Shown one piece after another: positions 37,331-49,927 of a stretch of 64,000 nucleotides of DNA. The notes below the pieces were generated by a model, which worked only from the letters and a program-made list of their open reading frames with translations, was not told where the DNA came from and ran no database searches. This DNA is from Lama glama (Eukaryota). The position numbers were made by a program, and so were the translations under genes. The DNA is taken from NCBI GenBank assembly GCA_028534125.1, contig CM052824.1:60636001-60700000 (forward strand). Reading direction: 5' to 3'. How positions within the stretch are numbered: position 1 is the first letter of the stretch; each line of letters opens with the position of its first letter.

Positions 37331-40300
37331 GGCAAATTACAGGAAAAAAATATTAAAAGTAACAAAACGGCCAACCCGACTAGAAAAAAACTAAACAATG
37401 AGATTTTCCCCTTTCAAATTGACAAGGGTATTCTGAACGGCAGTGAAGGCTGCGGGGAGGCAGGGAAGTGGGCAGGTACCCGGCACGTGGTGAGAGAAAA
37501 CGCTGGAAACAGAAAAACAAAGACCCTTAAAAAGGGCCCACATCTGGCCATCAGTCTACTGAGGAAATGACCAGAAACGTACACAGATTTAGGAAGAAAC
37601 AGCCGCCCCACATGACTGCAGACGAAAAGGAAACACACGGACACATACTGTGCGTCTGAGTGAGTAAATGAAACAACAAAAAAAGGCATCTCAAACAGGC
37701 CAGGGTGCGTCCCTCTGACCCACCAGATCTCCGACGAGAAGCGCAGTGACACTGAGCTGAGCCACCGGGAGACACAGGCCCTGTCCTCCCTGCAGGAGAC
37801 CGCCAGACAGCGCAACCGCTTCAGGGAACAGCTCAGAGTGACGCAACCTGGTCCGGCCCGCGCTCCCGACACACGTGCACACACCTGCACCTGGAACACT
37901 CCACGCTCCTGCTGGAGGGCACCCCGGGGGCCCAGCGCCCACCGACACAGGCACAGGCCAGCGCACGCACACAGCACCCGGGCCAGCAGACTGGGCACCC
38001 AGGGGCCAGGTGAGGGTGGCAGGTGAGCACCACTGACCATGCTGGACACAGGTCTGGGCACAGGGGCACGTTCAGGACGGCATCCCTGATGGGCAGAGGC
38101 ACTGGTAACCAGGTGGCAGGAAGCAGGTGGCTGCGGTGGACGGGGCCTCCCACGGACCACACGCTGCCGCACTGAGGTCTCTCTGCAGCATCTCCTGTCG
38201 TGGCAGAAATGCAGCCCAGGCCCGGGGCACTAAGTAAGTTCCAGAACCTCAACACCACGGATGACTCAAAATGCTCTGTGGCTGTACACATGCACACAGA
38301 GGCGCGTGTGCAAGGCAGGCCCTTCAACCGCACGCCACGGTGGCCCGGGCTCCTGCACAGCATGAGCAGAAGAGCAGGGTGGGCATGGGGGCCCTGGCTC
38401 TCACAGTTCCGTACCTATCACATGCAGAAACACTTCGATATAAAATAAGATGATGCCTGGGATTTGCTTTAAAAACGTTACGGCACCCTCACTGAAAGAG
38501 GAGGAAGAGGTTAGAGGGCCCAAGGGAGTACGGCACTGGTAACGGCGGAACTGGGCATGTGGGCTGCGTCAAGCAGCCTCTCTGCTCCAGGGCACTCGAG
38601 AAACTCCCCATCGGGGAACTGCACCCTTCTAGGTCCACAGACACGTAACCATGACCCCGAAAGAAACGTGCTGTTCGCTGGTCCTTTCGGTGGAGCAGAG
38701 GAACTTAGGCCACTCGCACTCCTGGGCGGTGACAAGAGCGAACCTGGCCTGGCCCTGCCCCACGGCCACGCACCCCTCCCTGTGCAAGCAGCAAAGGCAG
38801 AGGCCCAGGCAGGCAGGGCGACCACCAAGCTCTGCAACGCTCTGCTGAGCCCCCTCCTCACCTCTCCAGGCCACTCACCACCCCAGCCCAGGTCCCAGAA
38901 GGCTGGGGCCCCGAAGACAGCAGCCCACACTGTGGCACTGCCCTGCTGAGCCCTGGACCCAGTCCTTAGCCACCAAGGATCACAGGGTGAACCAAGACAC
39001 AGGACCCTGTCCCAGGGACTCCTGAAGAGAGAACAGACCCATAAAAAGAATCACAAGAATCACAGTTCAAATTTAAACATTTAAGAGAGAAAACTTAGAA
39101 CCTTACTATGTGAGAGGCACGCAGCTCAGTCAGGTGATTGAATCTGAGGGGCAATGACCCCCACAGAAGACCCCCAGGGACACGAGGCCACCGCCACAGC
39201 AGCGACAGGAAAAGTAAAGCAAATTCTTCCCAGACGGGAGGAGACTCCAACACGAATCTAACAGAAAGAGCAACGTGCCCCAACCTCTGGCTCCCACCTA
39301 GGACCGTCCCGCAGAGACTGGGTGCCAGGCCAGCCACAACCGTCGGGGAGCCCACTCTGCTCCGAGGGAGGCCTCCTTCCACCCCCCAACACCCATGTAC
39401 ACTGCCCAGCCCAGCTCCACTGCAAGTGGCCGGACCCAGCTGGGCGGAGGGTTCTCCGTGTCCTCTCACCAGACCCCCGAGACCACCGCCCGCCAGCCCT
39501 GGGACACACGGAACACGGCCTGACTCCCAGAGCCACACGGAGCCAACCCACAGGCTTACCTTGCTTTCACAGCTTGAAGAGCTTTATAAACGGAGACAAA
39601 ACCGACGAGGGTCAGGCAAGCCAGGCGACACTTATTACACACANNNNNNNNNNNNNNNNNNNNNNNNNNNNNNNNNNNNNNNNNNNNNNNNNNNNNNNNN
39701 NNNNNNNNNNNNNNNNNNNNNNNNNNNNNNNNNNNNNNNNNNNNNNNNNNNNNNNNNNNNNNNNNNNNNNNNNNNNNNNNNNNNNNNNNNNNNNNNNNNN
39801 NNNNNNNNNNNNNNNNNNNNNNNTTTTAATGGTTTGGGCAACGTGGTTCTAACGCCGGAAGTGGGAGGCAGGTGAGGCAGAGCCAACGTCCCCCATCCCT
39901 GCCGCCGCCCGCATCCAGGAGAGCAGGGCAAGGCAGGCTGAGGCCGAGACCCTGGGGACTTCACACCAGGTGCAGGGTCCCCTCCTCGGGAGGGCCACCA
40001 GCCTTGGGGAGGGGACCCTCGTCCGCCACACTCAGCCAACCAGCCCAGCAGAGACCCCGCTGGACACCTGCTGGCTGCCCAGCATCTCTGCCTCGACCTC
40101 CTCAGTGGGTAGCCCCGCCGGCCCCACTGCCCCGGTTCCTCCACGGGTGCAGCTAGCAGCAGCCCTGCCATCAACACACACTCGCCCCCCAGGTGGCGAC
40201 AGACCAGAATAGACAACCACACTGGCCTCACACAAACAAGCAGGAGGCCAGCCTGGCACACGTGCCTGCCTCCATGCAGGGAGGGGGAGCAGAAGGCAGG

Positions 40301-41971
40301 CCCCTAAGGCTGGAACCGTGACGCCGCGGGCGCCACCCTCAGGAAGGGCTCCGGCCAGCGCATGGACTCGGGGTGGGGGGCAGGCCCCACCGTCACCCAG
40401 GGCCCAAGCAAGAAGGAGGGCCGCGGACGTCTCGGGCTGAGGGGCTTCCGTGTCACTTTCAGCGCAGAGTCCATGTCAAGCCAGCCCATGTGGCTGGCGT
40501 CTTCCCTGCGTGAGGCGCCCTGCGCCACACAGGCAAGGGGGGTCTGCAGGGTGACAGCCACCCCTCACTCCAGGGGCTGGAGTGCAGCAGCAAGCTGACA
40601 GAGAGGACAATATTGGGGACATAAACGTGTCCACGGGGGCCATAAGAGAACCACAGCCCGCACCACCAGCAGCAGGAGGACCACCAGGACCACACGCGGC
40701 AGCGCCGCCCCAGCCAACCCCAGCTCTGTGCGTGGACAGCCAGGGAGTCGGGTCTGAGGCAGCGCACACGGCGGGGAGGCCGCGGCTGGTGCCAGCTGGC
40801 CCGTCACTGCCACTTGCCACATGGATGCCTCACCTACCAGCCAGGCCTGAGTCACAAACCACAGCCATGGGGCTAGGGTCACGCAGGAACACTGAGGTGA
40901 CAGCAAGTGGACGTGTGCCGTGCACAAGGAGCAGGCACTGCTCCCGGGGGAAGCGGGGCCTTGGCCCTGGACACTTGGTCCCGCAGGTGGTCCAGAATCC
41001 ACCAGCCTCAGAGCCAGGTGGGCCACCAGCCTCCCTGGGGCTCAGGGCCCTCCTGGTCGTTGGTGTCGGGTGTGGCCGTGATGGCCACGGGCATGGGGGG
41101 CTGGGGAATGGTCTCCTGCCCACAAAGCAGGACAGACCCCCCAGCTCCCAGAACACACTTCCTCCCCAACAAGCTACGTGTCCCAGGAGAGGCGTGGGGG
41201 ATGCCCCCGCCAGCTGGGAATGGTGGGGTGCAGCGGAGACAGTGCCTCCAGGCCCAGATTCCAGGAAGGCCCCCAGACACCAAGTCACAGCCAGCTGGCT
41301 CCTGGGATGCCAGAACCGACAGCTCCTCAGGCAGAGGGAGGCTAGCACGGGCACACAGGACCCTGATACCTGGTGAGTGACCCAAAAACATATCCACTTC
41401 CCCCACCTGCAGTCCCAACAGGCTTCTGGTGTGATCAGACCTGGGGTTGGGGCGCACAGCTAAGTCAGCACCCCAGTTGGCACCTCACATGTGGGCTCTG
41501 GGGCCGGGTAAGGAGGGCGAGGGCCACACCAGAGCCGCACTGGCATCCTGGGCCCTCAGACCACCTGGGCTCCAATTGCCCTCAAGCCCACCAGCCTTAC
41601 GTCCCTCCCCACCCCCACCCAGGGCCACCCACCTGCGATGTTTTCTCCGCAAACCAGCAGCATAGCGGCAGGAAGCCCATTTCCAGAGATGCTTCTTTCA
41701 AAGTAGCCAGCCAGCATCCCAGCAGAGGCCAAGTGTGGGTAGATGCAGGGCCAGGCCCATCCAGGTAGAGCCAGAGTGGGGGGCACCCTCGCATCACCCC
41801 CCAGGCAACGGCCCAGCGTCAGGCCCCAGCGGCCCTTGCAGATCTGAGAGAGGACGAGGATGCCCAACATCCGAAAGGCTGCTCCTCTCCGAGAAAGGCG
41901 CCGTCTCCTCTAGCCGTCAAGAGCAAAGCCGCCAATAAACCCTGACACCTAGTGATTTCAGGCTTCTGTGA

Positions 41972-42020
41972 GTCATTCAACAAGTATTTACTCCGGGCCC
42001 GGAACTGGGGACCCGGCCAT
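41972..42020 (-). mobile_element. LINE-2 3' end fragment
   Basis: tcattcaacaagtatttact resembles the L2 terminus cattcaacaaatatttatt. Confidence 0.5.
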
Positions 42021-42232
42021 GACCGAACTCCCCCACCCCCACGAAGCCAACAACACAACCACAAACACACAACCCCCAGGGCCGGCCGCAGCCAGGGCTC
42101 CCCGGAGAACCCAGACCGCTGTGGGCTGTGCGGCCCACGGAGTCACGCCAAGACTTCCTGAATTATTATCTGTAGCTGCAAAATCAAGAAGTCAGAGCAT
42201 TCTCTGAATCTTTCTAAGTCAAAAAGTAAAAT

Positions 42233-42485
42233 CAGGAAGGGATAAATCGGGAGTTCAAGATTTGGAAATACTAATACGTACAAAATGGATAAACAAGTTC
42301 ATACTGTATTCACACTGGAAACTCTACTCATTCTCTCGCAGTAATTTACGGTGAAAAACAACATGAAAACGAGTACGTACGTTCACGTATGACTGAAGCA
42401 CTATACTGTACACCAGAAGTTGACACAACTGACTGTACTTCAATAAACACGTACACGCACAAATAAATATACATACACAAAAAAT
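42233..42485 (+). mobile_element. Short LINE-1 3' UTR, same family as the copy at 13.5-14.5 kb
   Basis: Aligns by eye with 14305-14525 (gggataaat.gggagttc.agat...caagttcatactgta...caccagaa..tgacacaac...gactgtacttcaataaa). Confidence 0.9.
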
Positions 42486-44819
42486 AGTATCAGAAAAGAC
42501 ACAAATGCCAAATACCCAGACGGCACCTTGGCTGTTTCCAGGGTGCCCTCAGAGCTCTAAAAGCAGAGAGCTTCTACAACCCCAACCTCTAGTCACAGAA
42601 AAGCTGCGTAAAGGCTGTAGTTTGCTCCCTCGCCCACCCTGGAGCACGCTATGTGCTTCCTGAGTTCACCTGCACAAACTGCACCTGGTCGCTCTGGGGG
42701 CCTGGACTCCGAGGTCCGGAAAGTCTGGGGGGACCTGGGCCACGCTGGGCAGGCCACACGGCGGACACACGGCCCCGAGTCCCCCACCTGCCCCACACTG
42801 CTCTCACAGACATCGTCTGCAGCTCTAACCCACACCACCTGAAACTCACTTCAGACTACTCATGGCCCCGGCAGGGAGGAGCCACCCACCACAGGGGGCC
42901 CCCACTCCCAGGAAACGGCTTCCTGTCCCTTCTCTGCAACTCCAACCTGCCAGGCGCATCTCCACCACATGTGCAGAGAAGCTCTCCGTGATCTCACGGC
43001 CCCCCACCTGGTGTGCCCGCAGTGTCCCCGGCGACTGGCGGGGCAGGAGGAAGGGCCCTCGGGAGAAAGGAGCCCCACTTCTCCTCCAGCCCTCTCGGAT
43101 CTGAAGGAAATAATTCGGCCTCTGTNNNNNNNNNNNNNNNNNNNNNNNNNNNNNNNNNNNNNNNNNNNNNNNNNNNNNNNNNNNNNNNNNNNNNNNNNNN
43201 NNNNNNNNNNNNNNNNNNNNNNNNNNNNNNNNNNNNNNNNNNNNNNNNNNNNNNNNTCTCTGGGCCACAGAGAGTCCGGCCGCCGGCTGCGGCCACCTCC
43301 CGCCAGACAGCCAGGGTGCAGGGCCCGGAAGCACCGCCTCCCCCGGACCCTCCCACCGCCCAAGGGCCAGGGTGCGGGGCAGGGTTCAGTCACAGGGAGT
43401 GGCACACAGATGGACTGCGAGGAAGGTGGGGAGTTGATGGCCTTACCCTCAAAGCCCTGCACTGACTGAGGGGCCCCGGAGGGGCAGCGGGGACAGGGGC
43501 GAGAGCCACTCAGTCACCTGCTGCCCCAAGGCAAGACACCGGCCCCAGGGAAACCTCGAAGGCAAGGGCCCCTGCCCAGCTCCAAGGAGGAGCCTGGAAA
43601 CCAGCAGGACAGCTGAAGATGGCACATGCACAGATAAGCTGATGGCCCAGGCTTGGAGACCATGGCAAGGGCTCTGCTCACTGCACAGAAGGAGGGTGCC
43701 CGGCCCCCCACGCCCTCCCTCCCTCATACACGCCAACCACGGGTTAGAAACCAGAGGCCTCGCTCAAACTGCCTCCTCGTTTGAGAAGATCCCCCACCTT
43801 CACTCTGCAGCCTTCACCCTGGCGACCAGATGGACTCACAGACCCCATCCTTCAGGACATGGGTGTGGGATCCATCTAGGAGCCCCGCCTCAGAGCGTCA
43901 CCCAGGTTGGCACCCCAGCTTCTCACCCAAGCACCTGAAGCCAGGAAATCACCATGGGACCCATGAAAACCCAGAGCAAAGCAACTGCACCAAGGGACAG
44001 TGCAACCTCTCCATCTGTGCCCAGATCTGCCGGTACCCAGGTGAGCACAGCGCCCGGACAAAGAGCAGGTGTCGGAGAAGCACGCTGGTCAGAGTCCGTC
44101 CCAGCCTGACGGACGGTCCTGATGTCGTTCCTTCTCGTGGTCACTTCAGCTCAGAAGTACGACTCGCACCCCCCTTAGAGAATGTCCCTGGACCAGGATC
44201 CCCCACTCCCCAAGAGGGCCCGCGGGACTCGGTGCTCCTCCATTTGGATGGCCTGGCCAGGTCTCCTCTCAGAGAAAATACCGCTTTCAACACTAGAACA
44301 TACACGGATCCCACGGCGGAAGCCCACGCTGCCCGCTGCCCGCCACCAGCCCACGCCCCTGCCGTGCAGATCGGGCAGTTAGTTCCATGAAGACGACTCC
44401 TCCGAGAACCTGGCGTCCTGAGGACAGACATACAATAAACGGACACGATCCTGGTTCTCCAGTCCAAGGATCAGGCCGCTCAGGAGCAGCCGTTCCAAGG
44501 AGCCCATCACCCCACCGCAAAGGGCCGACCCTGTGCCGTCCACCCCAGGAGGCAGCGCCCCCCACAGGAAAGCCACGTCCCAGCCAGCAGCCGCGCCGAC
44601 AGCGCGATCTATCCCGTTAAACATCAGTCCTGTTCAGTCCCAACGCCGTCAGACAAGCACCGGAGGAAGGGACAGAGCCAACCGTGGGCGTGGGGAAGGC
44701 TCCAAGGTTCCTGTGTCTCACCACACGATCCCAGCAGAAAACAAGTCCTCGCCCTGCCCATGACACTCAACCGCTAAGACCCCACAAACAAACGCTGTCC
44801 ACGGCCGCTACTTCCTAAG

Positions 44820-44930
44820 GTGCCCACTTCACACTTGTGGAAACTAAGGCACAAACAGGTCAAGCAACTCGCTCGAGGGCACGTGGCCCACGAGGGACAG
44901 AGTGAGGATGCAGGGCTCCAGAGCCAGACC
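44820..44930 (-). mobile_element. MIR SINE fragment
   Basis: ggaaactaaggcacaaacaggtcaagcaactcgctcgaggg matches the reverse-complemented MIR core (gaaactgaggcacagagaggttaagtaacttgcccaagg). Confidence 0.7.
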
Positions 44931-47003
44931 GGCCACTGCAAGACCCCCAAGGAAAGCAGCCAGGGCGCCATGGCCCCAACAGCCATGGGACAGCCAAGAG
45001 CACTTCCTTGGGCCCCTGTGACGTCAGGGTGGGGATCACTGAGGAGGGACCCCAGCCTGCACACCTGAACTCGCCGTCTGCACAGCGTTTCCAGGCTCAA
45101 AGCTGGAGCCCCACTGCAAACACAGCTCCACGCTGGGGCAACCACAGAACCACCAGCCCTCTGTGGTCGGGCCGCAGGCACAGCAGGGCGCGCAAGAGCA
45201 AGCAGGCACCAGGACAGCACTGAAGTCCCGAGCCAGCCACCAACCCCGCCCATGCCGACGGCAGAGAAGTGCTGTAGGGGGACCAGGGCGCCACTTGGCT
45301 CACTTCACGTCACCAAGCAAGACCCAGGGGAGGCGCATCCCCACAAAGGGCTGCCCCAGCACATCTTTTGTTTCCTCTGTCCTCATCCTCAGCAAATCAA
45401 AAGTATTAAAATAAACTATAAGACAAATAATTAAGTCAAAACACGTCCCAAGAATAATCTGTCAAACTGCAGTGGGAGGATGGAACAGATAGACACGGTG
45501 CTGGAGAGGGGTCTTCCCTGGCAGCTTCATCCACAAGTAGGGTCTGGCAGCCACCCTGAAATTGACATCCCCCTCCTCACAGGGTGCCTCCAGCCTGTAA
45601 CCAGACAGGCGCACAGCTGTGCCGGGGAGACCTGAAAAGGACCGTGTGCCACAGAATTCCCAAACGCATGAACCAAGGCAGTGGCAGAGCCCCGAGAAGA
45701 GGATAACCGGGCAAGGCTGGTGGGCAGAGTGCCCCCCCGAGGTGGGGGAGCCGGCAAGACAGCACCCAGGAGCTCTGAGTGACTGGCGGACGGCAGAGGC
45801 CAGCAGCAGGCCCACCAGCCCAGGCCACCACTGTGAGGACAGGGCAGGGCTGACACTTAGGCCTGGAGACTCCAGCCTCTTACAACGATCACATTTTCAC
45901 CATTACGGGGGAGGTTCCTCTAACTAAGAAATGATTCCTGAGCAGCAGCAGGGAGAGCACTGAAGGAGTGCTGACCATCTGCTGACATCACCAGGGTGAA
46001 AGTACGCTCCGGCCTCTTCTCTGGGACTGTGGCTCAGGGGACCATCCTTGCCTTCTCCCTAGGCAGTGCCTCAGCCCACAAGCTCCAGACCAGTCCTTCC
46101 TTGAGCCTGTGAACACCTGTGTTCAGAACAGCAAGGGCTGCCACAAGAGAGCCTAGGCCCAGGTGTGCAGCTGAGACAAAAAGCCAACCCCAGGAAGACA
46201 GGGAGACCGCGGACACACACGATCCAGATTCAGACAGAGACACAGACGGATGCACCCCACCAGGCAGACCCTCTGCTGTCCACTCTGGATGTAAGTGACT
46301 TGCCACAGTTTTACCTACCACAATCCTGCACACAGGGCTCCCCTGGGCCATGCTAACCAGCACTCCCAACAGAAAAGCCCCCCGTTGACAGGGAGCAGCC
46401 ATCAAGCCACACACAGCCAACCCCCAGTCTGAAATGAGGGTCCGCCCGGCCTGCTGGGTCTGCCGTCAGCATCCTCCCCACTGGCACTGCCCGCTCAGAC
46501 CATCTCTCCCACCCCATCCCAGCCCCAGAGTCTGCAGACAGCTGCCACCTGGGCGCTGGTCTAGCCAAGGGCAGGAGCACCACCAGATCCACAAATGCAC
46601 GCGGTGGCCCCCTCTGAGCACAGGCGACAGGCCCTCACTTCCCCTCCCCTACTCCGCTCCCTGAGACTCTGACACTCTGCTGGAGGGGCGCCCAGAGAAA
46701 ACCGGGCGGGAGCATCTATTCACAGATTTGGAAAAAAAAGTTTGATGCAATAGCTGAATTAATTAGGCCTCCCAAGAATAGCTGAGCCGATGCAGCATTC
46801 TGTGTGCGCAGTTTAATAAGCCTGGATGTTTAAAAGAAAAGTTACAAACACTAAGGGATGGGGGGATGCCATGCAAAGTTGGTGAGGCCCCCAGTGAATG
46901 GTTCCGGCGTCTAGTGCCTGGAAGCTGCCAGGCTGGATCACACAGAACCTCCTCTTGGCAAACAACAGAGCCTCGGCCAGCGGCCTCCCTGCCGTACCCT
47001 TCA

Positions 47004-49537
<2,534 letters not shown>

Positions 49538-49542
<5 letters not shown>

Positions 49543-49700
49543 GAGCGCCGGCCGCTGAGCTCACGCCGCCGCCCCGCCCCGCGCCCCGCCCCGCTCCGCG
49601 CAACCGCCCCGCCCCGTGCGTCGTCTGGGGCCGCGCGTCCGCCTCAGCCGAGCGCCGGCCAGGAATGCGCCCGCCCCCCGGCCGGCTCTTCCAGGAACGC
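49538..49700 (-). promoter_or_regulatory. TATA-less SKI core/proximal promoter
   Basis: Inr-like YYANWYY at 49538-49544. Three perfect Sp/KLF decamers GGGGCGGGGC (minus strand) at 49571-49580, 49583-49592 and 49606-49615. TEAD-type GGAATG at 49662-49667. STAT GAS element TTCCAGGAA at 49689-49697. Confidence 0.65.
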
Positions 49701-49722
49701 GCGCTCCCCCCGCCCGCGCTGG

Positions 49723-49927
49723 GCACTCAGACCCACTCGGCCGTGCTCGGGCCCGACCGCCCCGGACTCGGGCCCCCTCGGCTCCGCTCGGCCCCGCCCG
49801 TCTGGGACTCGGCTCTGCTCGGCTCCTCTCGGGCCGGCCCGCCCAGGACTCGGGCCTGCTCGGCTCCGCTCGTCCCCTCCCGCCGGGGATTCAGCCCCGT
49901 TCGGCTCCGTTTAGCCCCGCCCGCCGG
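49723..49927. repeat. Degenerate tandem minisatellite, 5 x 41 bp
   Basis: Units start at 49723, 49764, 49805, 49846 and 49887 and align without gaps. Consensus is approximately GGACTCGG-N5-CTCGGCTCCGCTCGG-SCCCGCCCGCC-NN. Confidence 0.85.

Noticed and set aside
49723-49927. CRISPR-like array
   Set aside because: Mammalian context, no invariant repeat with unique spacers, and no cas genes. It is a degenerate minisatellite.
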